DNA of 48,487 bases from Bacteroidia bacterium (lineage in GTDB: Bacteria > Bacteroidota > Bacteroidia > AKYH767-A > OLB10), in assembly GCA_013001815.1 (NCBI GenBank), contig JABDLV010000227.1:1-48487 (forward strand). The letters are read 5' to 3'. The position numbers and the translations under genes were made by a program. Shown here piece by piece: positions 37,135-45,876 of the stretch. Within the stretch, counting starts at the first letter, position 1, and each line of letters begins with the position of its first letter. The notes beneath the pieces are model-generated. The model was not told the origin of the DNA and did not search any database. It worked only from the letters and a program-made list of their open reading frames with translations.

Positions 37135-37544
37135 ACGTTAATAGCGTCTAAATACTTTTCGCTAAGCGGTTTGTTTATGTATTTAAATACATAAGGATTT
37201 GTAGATGCCTTGTTGATGTCTTCGGGGCTTATTGATGAAGACAGTACAATTACTTTACATTTATTTTTAATTGTATCAGTTACAGCATCATACTCTTCTA
37301 AAAAAGCAAAGCCATCTTTTACGGGCATATTTAAATCAAGAAAAATTACATCAGGTAAGTTTGTTTCGTCACCTTCATGTTGTTTTAAAAAACTCATTGC
37401 AGTGTCGGCTGAATTTTTTACAATTACCTCTCCTGCAAATTTTGTAGATAGTATCATTCTTTCATTAATGAAATTGTCTATTTCATTATCATCCACCAAA
37501 AGTACTCTTGGGTATTTAGAACTATCGTCTTCTTTTTTACTCAT
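37131..37544 (-). CDS. Receiver-only (CheY-like) response regulator, paralog of 7788-8219
   Basis: LLVDDNEID, FLDLNMPVKDG, VLSSS, INKPL; no output domain. Its stop codon overlaps the stop of the convergent 35674-37134 gene (CTAA). Confidence 0.85.
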   Translation of the reverse strand: MSKKEDDSSKYPRVLLVDDNEIDNFINERMILSTKFAGEVIVKNSADTAMSFLKQHEGDETNLPDVIFLDLNMPVKDGFAFLEEYDAVTDTIKNKCKVIVLSSSISPEDINKASTNPYVFKYINKPLSEKYLDAINV

Positions 37545-37576
37545 ATTATTAAATCAATTACCAAACTAATAGGTAG

Positions 37577-37649
37577 TGGTGATGGACAGAATCGAACTGC
37601 CGACACAAGGATTTTCAGTCCTTTGCTCTACCAACTGAGCTACATCACC
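37577..37649 (-). tRNA. tRNA-Phe (anticodon GAA)
   Basis: The reverse complement GGTGATGTAGCTCAGTTGGTAGAGCAAAGGACTGAAAATCCTTGTGTCGGCAGTTCGATTCTGTCCATCACCA folds as a 73-nt cloverleaf. Anticodon loop CTGAAAA, T-loop TTCGATT, CCA not encoded. Confidence 0.95.
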
Positions 37650-37669
37650 ATGCTATTTCTTAGCGTGGC

Positions 37670-37677
37670 CAAAATTA
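37670..37677 (-). promoter_or_regulatory. Candidate -7 box TAATTTTG for tRNA-Phe
   Basis: Plus-strand CAAAATTA, 20 nt upstream of the tRNA 5-prime end. Confidence 0.35.
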
Positions 37678-37761
37678 GAATTTTTTTTAGTCTTTCAGAA
37701 AATATATGCATTACATTCGTAATTCACTTCTGGGCTTAAAATAATTAAAATCAATGGGTTT

Positions 37762-38499
37762 ATGAACTATGTAATAGACATAGGAAACACAAAAACCAAA
37801 ACGGCTTTTGTTAATAAGAAGAATGTATCAAGAGTAAAAACGTTTGATACTGATGAGTTTATGAAAATTTACAGGCAGCATTTTGGGACATTAAAAGCCT
37901 TTGACAATTGCATAGTTTCTTCTGTAATACCTTTAAGGAAAGGATTTCAAAATTATTTGAATAAAAATATTGGTGCCTTAGTTTTAAATAATAAGACGAA
38001 ATTGCCTTTTAAAAACCTCTACAAAACCAAAAAAACGTTAGGCAATGATAGAATTGCCAATGTTGCAGGAGCAATGGTCTTATTTCCTAAAAAATCAATT
38101 TTGGCAATTGACGCAGGTAGCTGCATTACTTTTGATTTAATGAATGCAAGAAAGCAATATTTGGGCGGTGCTATATCGCCAGGCTTGCACATGAGGTTCT
38201 CAGCATTAAACAAGTTTACCAGTGGTCTTCCTTTAATTAAGCTGAATAAAAAAGCTGTTAAATCAATTGGAAACACTACTGCAAGTAGCATTCTAAGTGG
38301 AGTTCAGAATGGTACCTTATTAGAAATAGATGCCTTTATAAATGATATAAAAAGTTCTTATTCTGACATAAAACTGATACTATGTGGAGGAGATAGTTCG
38401 TTCTTGGCTGATAGACTAAAAAATTCAATCTTTGTGTCCCCAAATTTAACCTTAATTGGATTGAATTTTATTTTGGACTATAATAGAAAAACTGCTTAA
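37762..38499 (+). CDS. coaX: Type III pantothenate kinase
   Basis: MNYVIDIGNTKTK (ASKHA phosphate-1 motif), GNDRIAN, AIDAGSCITFD, GGAISPG. Confidence 0.9.
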   Translation: MNYVIDIGNTKTKTAFVNKKNVSRVKTFDTDEFMKIYRQHFGTLKAFDNCIVSSVIPLRKGFQNYLNKNIGALVLNNKTKLPFKNLYKTKKTLGNDRIANVAGAMVLFPKKSILAIDAGSCITFDLMNARKQYLGGAISPGLHMRFSALNKFTSGLPLIKLNKKAVKSIGNTTASSILSGVQNGTLLEIDAFINDIKSSYSDIKLILCGGDSSFLADRLKNSIFVSPNLTLIGLNFILDYNRKTA

Positions 38500-39806
38500 T
38501 GCATCGTAACATACTCAAAATCACCCTGTTTCTAATTCTTTGTCTGTCGGTTCAAGCCGTTGCGCAACAAAGCACCTACTCACCTTATTCAAGATATGGA
38601 ATTGGCGAATTGACGTTTGGAGGATTTGGCCCACAAATAGCCATGGGAGGATTAAGTGCTGCCTATGCAGATTCATTGCATATCAACTTTTATAACCCGG
38701 CAAGTTACTCTGCCCTAAAACTCACCACCTTTGATGTTGGGGTGCGAGGAGAGTTGAATAGACTTTCAAGCTCAACTGGAACTGATAATGCCCGAACTGC
38801 TGCATTTTCATATTTAGCACTTGGCTTTCCAATTGTAAAGGATAGAGCAGGAATTGCATTTGGTTTGGTTCCCTTTAGCAACAAGGGATATAACATTGAA
38901 CAAAAAATTACAGATAGTTTAATTATCGGAAATCAACTGTACTCATATGAGGGGTCTGGTGGAATAAATCAATTTTTTCTTGGCGCTGGATTTACCGTAA
39001 ATAAAAACATATCTGTTGGAGTAAACGGTTCATATTATTTTGGAAATTTAAAAACTACAAACAGTGTTGAGTTCCCTGACTCTACTAACTTTTTAAATAG
39101 TAGGTTAATTAGAACTACTGACATTGGTGACGTTTCAGCATCTGCCGGAATAAACATAAAACATAAGATTAGTGAAAAGAGTAACATCATTTATGGTTTT
39201 ACAGGTACCATTGACAGGAAAATAAAAGCACAAAATAATTTGCTAATTGAAAACTACTTTAAAACAACTAGTGGAGGAGAAGCCATTAAAGACACTGTAT
39301 TGTTTGAAGATGGAATAAATGGAGATATCGTTTTTCCTGTAACGTTTTCAGGAGGAATTGTTGTTGAGCACAACAAAACCTGGTTAGTAGGTGCTGATTT
39401 TGAAATGCAAAATTGGAGCGATTTTGAGTCTTTTGGTGTAAAAGATTCATTGCAAAACAGCTTTAGATTTAGTCTTGGAGGGCAATATTCGCCACAAAAA
39501 GTAACGGGTGGTTTTTGGTCTAAAAGAGCAGTATATCGTGCTGGTTTTAAGTACTATACATCTTATTTAGAGCTTCAAAATACGGCTATTGAAGAATATG
39601 GCATCACTTTTGGGCTTGCTATACCGGCCAATACGACCAAAATTCGTGGTACATCAGAAAAACCTTTTTATTCTAATATAAATTTATCTTTTGAGTTGGG
39701 TAAACGAGGTACTACCGAGAGTAGTCTAATAAAAGAAGAATATTTAAAAATGACTGTTGGGTTAACCCTAAGAGATAAGTGGTTTAATCCAAGAAAATAT
39801 GACTAG
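38499..39806 (+). CDS. Outer-membrane beta-barrel protein, function unknown
   Basis: Signal peptide ending AVAQQ; N-terminal YSPYSRYGIGEL; long series of alternating beta-strand-like segments. The start overlaps the coaX stop (TAATG). Confidence 0.5.
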   Translation: MHRNILKITLFLILCLSVQAVAQQSTYSPYSRYGIGELTFGGFGPQIAMGGLSAAYADSLHINFYNPASYSALKLTTFDVGVRGELNRLSSSTGTDNARTAAFSYLALGFPIVKDRAGIAFGLVPFSNKGYNIEQKITDSLIIGNQLYSYEGSGGINQFFLGAGFTVNKNISVGVNGSYYFGNLKTTNSVEFPDSTNFLNSRLIRTTDIGDVSASAGINIKHKISEKSNIIYGFTGTIDRKIKAQNNLLIENYFKTTSGGEAIKDTVLFEDGINGDIVFPVTFSGGIVVEHNKTWLVGADFEMQNWSDFESFGVKDSLQNSFRFSLGGQYSPQKVTGGFWSKRAVYRAGFKYYTSYLELQNTAIEEYGITFGLAIPANTTKIRGTSEKPFYSNINLSFELGKRGTTESSLIKEEYLKMTVGLTLRDKWFNPRKYD

Positions 39807-41145
39807 TATGAGAAATGAATTTAAAGTAATAACAGTATTAATTGCGGCATTCGTATTTACGAGTATGAGTGCAAACGCACAAGTAGAATCTGATTTCGGA
39901 ACGGATAGTGTGAAGTGCACAGAAAACATTTCGCTATATCAAGAATACTACAAGCAAGATAATTATGTAGATGCATTACCATATTGGAAGAAGGTTGTTG
40001 TAATATGCCCTAAGTACAGTAAGAACGTTTATTTGCACGGTGAAAAAATGTACAAAAAGTTTATTGCTGAAGAAAAGGATGAAGCTAAAAAAAGCGGCAT
40101 GGTGGATACCTTGTTGCTAAGCTATCAGTATAGAATAGCACATTTCAATCAAGAAGGTTTGGTTAAAGGAAAGATGGGATTAGCAATGTATGATAACAGG
40201 CCTGATGAGATAGACAAAATTGATAAACTGCTTTCAAAATCTGTAGAGTTAGAAGGTGATAAGTCTTCTCCTAATGTATTGTTCAGATATGTACAAGTAA
40301 AAACTAAGTTGTTTCACAGAGACAAAGAGATAGAGCAAGAAGGTAAAGTTGATAAAGTTGATGTGCTAGAGGCTTATGATAAAGCCGCTACCATTGCAAC
40401 TAAAAAAATTGATTCTGGAGATAAGTATGCTAAGAACTACCAAATAGCACTTGATAACATTGAAACGATAGTAGATCCATTTTTAAAATGTGATGATATA
40501 AGAGAAATATATTTCTCTAAAGTGGAAAGCAATCCGGATGATGTTGCTTTGCTGAAGAAATTAGTAAGCTTACTGACAAAAAGAAAATGTTTAAATAAAG
40601 ATTTTTATTTAGATGTTGCTAAGCGGTTGCATGTAAAAGAACCTACGGCAGAAAGCGGTGCAAATTTGGCACGTATGTATGTACAACGAGGGGATTATTT
40701 AATTGCTATGGATTATTACAATGATGCTCTTAATTTGCAAACAGATAATGTGGAGAAAGGAAAATATTATTTAGAAATGGCGGAGGTCGAGTTTCATCAG
40801 TTCAAAAATTATTCTAAGGCGAGAGCGCATGCTAGGAAAGCTGCATCTGCAAGACCGGATTGGGGAAAGCCATACATATTAATAGGAGACTTGTACATGG
40901 CAAGTTCTAAAATGTGCGGAGATGGAGTTGAAGCCAAAGCAGTATTTTGGGCAGCTGTAGACAAATACAGAAAAGCAAAAGCAGTTGATCCATCGATTGC
41001 AGACTTTGCTAATAAGAAGGCTGCCAACTTAAGAAAGTATTATCCTACAACGGAGCAGTTATTCTTTATTAGTAAAAAAGCGGGAGACTCTTATAAAGTA
41101 GAGTGTTGGATAGGTGAAACCACTACCGTTCGCACTTCAGATTAG
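39799..41145 (+). CDS. Secreted TPR-like repeat protein
   Basis: Signal peptide ending ANAQ; helical repeats, e.g. ARMYVQRGDYLIAMDYYNDALNLQ and GKYYLEMAEVEFHQFKNYSKARAHARKA. An alternative start lies at 39808. Confidence 0.5.
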   Translation: MTSMRNEFKVITVLIAAFVFTSMSANAQVESDFGTDSVKCTENISLYQEYYKQDNYVDALPYWKKVVVICPKYSKNVYLHGEKMYKKFIAEEKDEAKKSGMVDTLLLSYQYRIAHFNQEGLVKGKMGLAMYDNRPDEIDKIDKLLSKSVELEGDKSSPNVLFRYVQVKTKLFHRDKEIEQEGKVDKVDVLEAYDKAATIATKKIDSGDKYAKNYQIALDNIETIVDPFLKCDDIREIYFSKVESNPDDVALLKKLVSLLTKRKCLNKDFYLDVAKRLHVKEPTAESGANLARMYVQRGDYLIAMDYYNDALNLQTDNVEKGKYYLEMAEVEFHQFKNYSKARAHARKAASARPDWGKPYILIGDLYMASSKMCGDGVEAKAVFWAAVDKYRKAKAVDPSIADFANKKAANLRKYYPTTEQLFFISKKAGDSYKVECWIGETTTVRTSD

Positions 41146-41147
41146 CT

Positions 41148-41699
41148 TTGATATTTAGAAGAAATATTATTTTTTTCTTTTTGGCAGGAATTATGCTATG
41201 CATTTTTGCATGCACTACTGATTTAGAAACGGTGGAATTGGTCGGTAATAAAGACACTCTGCCAATGGAAACCGCAACTGATTTAGAAATTATTTATAGC
41301 GATTCGGCTCGTATAAAAGCAATTGTTTTTGCACCTGAGTTTAATCGTTTTGTAGGCACTGAAAATTATACAGAAATGGATAAAGGCATTAATGTAAAAT
41401 TTTATGATGGCCGGGGTAATGTTATTTCAACTCTTACTTCTAATTATGCAATTCATAAAACAGAAGAAAAAATAATGGAGGCCAGAGAAAAGGTGGAAGT
41501 GATAAATGAGAAGGGCGAAAAATTAGAAACTGAATATTTGCAATGGAATGAACAAACGGGTAGAATTTATTCCAATGAACTTGTTACCATTACCACTCCA
41601 CGAAATAAAATTATTGGAAAAGGGCTTGAATCGAATCAAGAGTTTACAGATTATACGATTTTACAACCTATTGGAGATTTTGCCATAGATAAAGAATAA
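41148..41699 (+). CDS. lptC: LPS export system protein LptC
   Basis: 183 aa; N-terminal anchor with Cys (CIFAC); OstA/LptC-like pattern ...SNYAIHKTEEKIMEAREKVEVINEKGEKLETEYLQWNEQTGRIYSNELVTITTPRNKIIGKGLESNQEFTDYTI. TTG start. Confidence 0.65.
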   Translation: MIFRRNIIFFFLAGIMLCIFACTTDLETVELVGNKDTLPMETATDLEIIYSDSARIKAIVFAPEFNRFVGTENYTEMDKGINVKFYDGRGNVISTLTSNYAIHKTEEKIMEAREKVEVINEKGEKLETEYLQWNEQTGRIYSNELVTITTPRNKIIGKGLESNQEFTDYTILQPIGDFAIDKE

Positions 41700-41891
41700 A
41701 TGATTTTTAGAATACTTGAAATAGCATGGTTAATTGTTGGATTAGTTGCAATTGGTATGTCCATTTATGTCTTAGTGACAAAAGGCGTTAATAGCGAAAT
41801 AATTATTTATCTGGTAATCGCGTTTATTGCCGGAATAATTTATTCTATCAGAAGAAAACAAAGAATGGCTTTAGAGCGTAAACAGAAGTAG
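41700..41891 (+). CDS. Small two-TM membrane protein (hypothetical)
   Basis: The ATG directly follows the lptC stop (TAAATG). Two hydrophobic helices and a basic tail RRKQRMALERKQK. Confidence 0.45.
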   Translation: MIFRILEIAWLIVGLVAIGMSIYVLVTKGVNSEIIIYLVIAFIAGIIYSIRRKQRMALERKQK

Positions 41892-41932
41892 CAAATAATT
41901 AAACTATTGTTTTTTGTATTTTTAAGCTATTA

Positions 41933-43213
41933 ATGGACCCACTCCTCATTATAATTTTTGCCTTAATATTCTCGGCCTTTTTTTCAGGTCTTGAAATTGC
42001 ATTTCTAAGCAGTAATAAACTAAGAATTGAGTTAGAGAAAAAACAAGGAAAATTTACCAGCAAAATTGTTAGCCGGTTTGTAAATGCACCTGCCAAATTT
42101 ATTGCAACAATACTAATTGGTGTAAATGTCTCTTTAGTATTTTATGGTAAGTTTTTTACTGAATTGCTTAAGCCAAAATTGATTTCAATGTTACCGGAGC
42201 AATTTCATGGTGAGATAAGTTTGTTAATTATCATTACAGTTTTTTCAACTTTGTTTTTATTGGTGTTCGCAGAATTTTTACCAAAGGTGTTATTTAGAAT
42301 TAACCCTAACCGAACATTAAATTTTTTCGCATTAATCATTTATCCCTTTTATATATTATTCTATCCATTAGTGTTATTTATTTTATTCATAACAAAAATA
42401 TTACTCAAGCTTTTATTTAAGGTTGAATTAAAGCAAGCAGAAACTAATTTTGGTAGAGTAGACTTAGATCATTATTTGCAAGAAATTTCTACCAAGAATG
42501 AGCAAGATGCAGAGCTAAGTAGTGAGATACAGATGTTTCAAAACGTGCTGGATTTCGAAAGTGTAAAGGTTCGTGAGTGCATGATACCTCGTATTGAAAT
42601 TGAAGCATTAAGTATAACAGACAGCATAGAAAGTTTAAGGGCTAAGTTTATACAAACAGGATTATCAAGGATCCTGATCTATAGAGAAAACGTAGATCAC
42701 ATAATTGGGTATGCACACTCTTTCGATATGTTTAAAGGCCCCAAAACGATTCAAAGCATATTATTGCCTGTTTCAATAATTCCGGAAAGTATGCAAGCCA
42801 GAGATTTGCTCACACAGTTTATGCAACAAAGAAGAAGTATAGCATTGGTTGTTGATGAGCATGGATTAACTTCTGGGATAGTTACTATTGAAGATGTGAT
42901 TGAAGAAATATTTGGAGAAATTGTAGATGAGCATGATGTGCCTAAATTAATTGAAGGCAAAATCGGAGAAAATGAATTTATATTTTCCGGTAGGTTAGAA
43001 ATAGACTACATAAATGATAAGTATGAGCTCGAAATTCCTGAAGACCCGGGATATGAAACTTTAGGTGGATTTATTACCCATCATTATGAGAATATACCCG
43101 AGCCAAATGAGCAAATAGTAATTGGGCATTACCATATTAGCATTCAATCCGTTAAGGATAATCGAATAGACAGGGTTAAATTGGAAATAAACCCTGAATT
43201 AGTAAAAGAATAG
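41933..43213 (+). CDS. CNNM/CorC/HlyC-family membrane protein (DUF21 + CBS pair + CorC_HlyC domain), hemolysin family
   Basis: N-terminal multi-TM DUF21; CBS pair around VRECMIPR...; C-terminal GLTSGIVTIEDVIEEIFGEI and a transporter-associated domain. Confidence 0.85.
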   Translation: MDPLLIIIFALIFSAFFSGLEIAFLSSNKLRIELEKKQGKFTSKIVSRFVNAPAKFIATILIGVNVSLVFYGKFFTELLKPKLISMLPEQFHGEISLLIIITVFSTLFLLVFAEFLPKVLFRINPNRTLNFFALIIYPFYILFYPLVLFILFITKILLKLLFKVELKQAETNFGRVDLDHYLQEISTKNEQDAELSSEIQMFQNVLDFESVKVRECMIPRIEIEALSITDSIESLRAKFIQTGLSRILIYRENVDHIIGYAHSFDMFKGPKTIQSILLPVSIIPESMQARDLLTQFMQQRRSIALVVDEHGLTSGIVTIEDVIEEIFGEIVDEHDVPKLIEGKIGENEFIFSGRLEIDYINDKYELEIPEDPGYETLGGFITHHYENIPEPNEQIVIGHYHISIQSVKDNRIDRVKLEINPELVKE

Positions 43214-43293
43214 CCTTTTATATAAGAGCAAACGGTTGTATATTCGCAATCCTCAAATAATTTAAAACTCTACAAATAAATACGTTTTCATAA

Positions 43294-45405
43294 ATGGCAA
43301 TTTTAGGTGACATACAAAAAAGAGCTGGTCTACTTATCGGTGTAATTGGATTTAGTTTAGCAGCTTTTATTCTTGGTGAATTTATTACCAGTGGTACATT
43401 TCTTAGCGGGAATAATGTTAAGGGTGTGGCAGTTATAAAGGGTAAAAATATAGACCCAAGAGAATTTGATAGCAAAACCAGAGAACTGGAAGATAATTAT
43501 AAGCTTAACCAAGAAACAACTTCTATTGACGAAACCACAAGAGATCAGATTCAAGAGCAAGCTTGGAATGAATTACTATCTGAAAAAATTCTTGGTGAGC
43601 AATATGAAAAATTGGGTGTACATGTCGGTGAAAAAGAATTGTTGGATATGGCAACGGGTGCAAATCCGCATCCACAAGTAAGGCAGGCATTTACCAATCC
43701 GCAAACCGGACAGTTTGATAAAAACACTGTAATTAATTACATAACCAACTTAGATCAGCAAGATCCTCAAAGCAAACAGCAATGGTTAAGTTTTGAAAGA
43801 GCTATATTAAAGGAAAGAATAAAGCAGAAGTATGAAAACTTAATTGGTAAAAGTATTTATGTTACAAAACATGAATTACAACAAGATTTTAAACAGAAGA
43901 ATAGCACTGCCAACGTAATTCTTGCTAAGGCTGATTACAGTAGCATTAACGATGGGGATGTACAACTGAGTGATAGTGATTACGATGCTGTATACGAAGA
44001 AAATAAACTTAATTACAAACAAGAGGCTTCTTGTAAAGTAGAGTACGTTCAATTTGATGTAGTGCCTTCAGCAGAAGATAGAGCTGAAGCAAGAGATGCT
44101 GTATACTCAATAATAGATGATTTTAAATCTGCCGAAAATGATTCTGTATTTGTAATAATTAATGCAGATAGCAGATGGGATAATACGTTTTACAAAAAAG
44201 GAACATTGTCACCAACTTTGGATTCTGTTGTTTTTAATGGCGGTAATGAAGGTGATTTTATTGGGCCTTATGAGGAGAACGGTTATTTTAAAATGGCGAA
44301 AATATTTGATGTAATTAACTTTCCTGATTCAGTTAAGGCAAGACATATTTTAATTTCTTACCAAGGTGCAGAAAGAGCTAACCCTGCGGTTACGCGTGCA
44401 CCTCAAGATGCCAAGAACCTTGCAGACAGTTTGTTTGCAGCCATAAAAGAGAACAGAGGTTCTTATGATAATTTAGCTAGAACTATGTCTGATGGGCCAT
44501 CAAAAACAAAAGGTGGTGATTTAGGTTGGTTTAAAGAAAACATGATGGCACCTCCGTTTAACGATTTTTGTTTTACAAATTCTACAGGTGATATTGGTTT
44601 AGTTCAAACAACTTTTGGTTTTCACATTATTGAAATAATGCAGCAAGGAGGAGGAGAAAAGAGAGTTAGAATGGCCATTGTTGATGCTGAAATTAGAACA
44701 AGTCAAGACACACGAAATAAGATTTATTCTGAAGCCACTCAATTTGCAAGAAACAACACAGGGGACGCATTTACAAATGCTGCTACTGAACAAAACCTTG
44801 CAATTAGAACGGCACAAAATATTAAAGAGCGCGATAAAAACTTACCTGGCTTAACCGGTGTTAGAAAACTGGTTCGTTGGGCATACTCATCTGAAGTTGG
44901 CTCTGTGTCAGAAGTAGTTGATGCAGATGAAGCATTTGTAGTGGCTAAATTGGTTGAGAAATTAGATAAGGGAATACCAACTAAAGAGCAGATTATGCCG
45001 GCATTGCAAGCAGAAACAATGAAAAGAAAGAAAGCAGAAATGCTTAGAGAGCAAGCAAGCTCTGTTTCTTCAGTAGAACAATTTGCTCAGACGTTCAATT
45101 CAAAAGTTGATTCTGTTCAGAACTTAAACTTTTCTAGTGCATTTATTGCAGCTGTTGGTTCAGAACCAAATGTTGTTGGTGTAATATCAACCTTACAAAG
45201 TGGTGAAACCAGTAATGCAATTGCAGGAGAAACCGGTGTGTTTATGGTTAAAGTGTTAAGCAGAACCGATGCACCGGATGAGGTTAATTTTGTTTTAAAT
45301 AAAAGGCAAATAGAACAGTCTTTTTCTCAAAGAGCAAAGTTTGAATTGTTTAATGCGTTGAAGGAAAGCGCTAATGTTACCGACAACCGCGGTAAAATCT
45401 ATTAA
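43294..45405 (+). CDS. ppiD: Periplasmic chaperone / peptidyl-prolyl isomerase, PpiD/SurA-like
   Basis: N-terminal membrane anchor; SurA_N-like region; parvulin motif ARHILI...GGDLGWF...FGFHIIE. Confidence 0.75.
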   Translation: MAILGDIQKRAGLLIGVIGFSLAAFILGEFITSGTFLSGNNVKGVAVIKGKNIDPREFDSKTRELEDNYKLNQETTSIDETTRDQIQEQAWNELLSEKILGEQYEKLGVHVGEKELLDMATGANPHPQVRQAFTNPQTGQFDKNTVINYITNLDQQDPQSKQQWLSFERAILKERIKQKYENLIGKSIYVTKHELQQDFKQKNSTANVILAKADYSSINDGDVQLSDSDYDAVYEENKLNYKQEASCKVEYVQFDVVPSAEDRAEARDAVYSIIDDFKSAENDSVFVIINADSRWDNTFYKKGTLSPTLDSVVFNGGNEGDFIGPYEENGYFKMAKIFDVINFPDSVKARHILISYQGAERANPAVTRAPQDAKNLADSLFAAIKENRGSYDNLARTMSDGPSKTKGGDLGWFKENMMAPPFNDFCFTNSTGDIGLVQTTFGFHIIEIMQQGGGEKRVRMAIVDAEIRTSQDTRNKIYSEATQFARNNTGDAFTNAATEQNLAIRTAQNIKERDKNLPGLTGVRKLVRWAYSSEVGSVSEVVDADEAFVVAKLVEKLDKGIPTKEQIMPALQAETMKRKKAEMLREQASSVSSVEQFAQTFNSKVDSVQNLNFSSAFIAAVGSEPNVVGVISTLQSGETSNAIAGETGVFMVKVLSRTDAPDEVNFVLNKRQIEQSFSQRAKFELFNALKESANVTDNRGKIY

Positions 45406-45408
45406 AAT

Positions 45409-45876
45409 TTAGTTCGAATCTTTTTCAATTCTAATTCCTGCATCCATTATGCCTTGCAGTGGATTTACACGCATGGCTTGTGTAAGCTCGAAATTATAGG
45501 TGCCTTTTAAAGGAAATTTAAATCCTTTTTTAAATAGAATTTGATTGTCCCAAATGTCACCTAATCCATCGCCCATCCATTTTCCTTCCGGGCTGGCTAG
45601 CAAGCACTCTGCAGTGTCAATTTGAGAAACTCCATTTGGCAATTCGGTTTTTATAAATAAAAAAATGTTTCTGTATTGATAATATCCTGCATGTCTAACA
45701 TTTAGGTACATGTTGTGCAGGCCAATGGTGTCTTGAATGTCTACTGAAAAATCTAATGATACATCCTTATCCCATTCATGGTCTGATAGCTTGATATTCT
45801 TTTCAAATACTCGGTTTGGATCACATGATGAAAATGCACATCCAATGGCAAACAATACGATTAGTTTTTTAATCAT
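45409..45876 (-). CDS. gldH: Gliding-motility/T9SS-associated lipoprotein GldH
   Basis: About 155 aa; lipobox FSSCD; family pattern VFEKNI...WDKD..L.F...I.D....YN.YLNVRH...Y.Y.N..L.......P.G......E..LA...GKW.G.G.GD...........F...G.Y.F.L.Q.MR...L.GI.D.G.RIEK. ATG at 45876 overlaps the upstream TGA (TGATG). Confidence 0.8.
   Translation of the reverse strand: MIKKLIVLFAIGCAFSSCDPNRVFEKNIKLSDHEWDKDVSLDFSVDIQDTIGLHNMYLNVRHAGYYQYRNIFLFIKTELPNGVSQIDTAECLLASPEGKWMGDGLGDIWDNQILFKKGFKFPLKGTYNFELTQAMRVNPLQGIMDAGIRIEKDSN

Noticed and set aside
37577-37649. tRNA-Phe as a possible integration site of a genomic island (the PKD/regulator block lies beside it)
   Set aside because: There is no integrase, excisionase or transposase in the window. 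I could not find a duplicated tRNA 3-prime segment, and core genes (gpmI, coaX) directly flank the block.
1415-38291. Other antisense or alternative-frame ORFs inside confident genes (1415-1678, 3474-3797, 4403-4597, 5486-5737, 6404-6592, 7008-7268, 10122-10367, 10373-10585, 10550-10735, 10935-11129, 11236-11670, 12429-12641, 13049-13374, 15004-15240, 16498-16740, 20494-20813, 21091-21419, 22267-22461, 22941-23147, 24795-25034, 26207-26563, 34888-35082, 36843-37052, 37210-37569, 38019-38291, and similar ones further on at 38705-38896, 40809-41027, 41899-42096, 42751-42960, 43218-43681, 44599-44817, 47059-47319, 47753-48196)
   Set aside because: Each overlaps a longer ORF with clear family motifs, and their translations show no motifs of their own. 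Long spurious ORFs are expected on the opposite strand of AT-rich coding DNA.
41933-43213. Calling the CNNM/CorC-family gene gldE
   Set aside because: GldE is one paralog of this family, typically linked to gldD. Here the gene sits in the lptC / ppiD context and no gldD is adjacent. Paralogs cannot be distinguished without a profile search, so I kept the generic family call.
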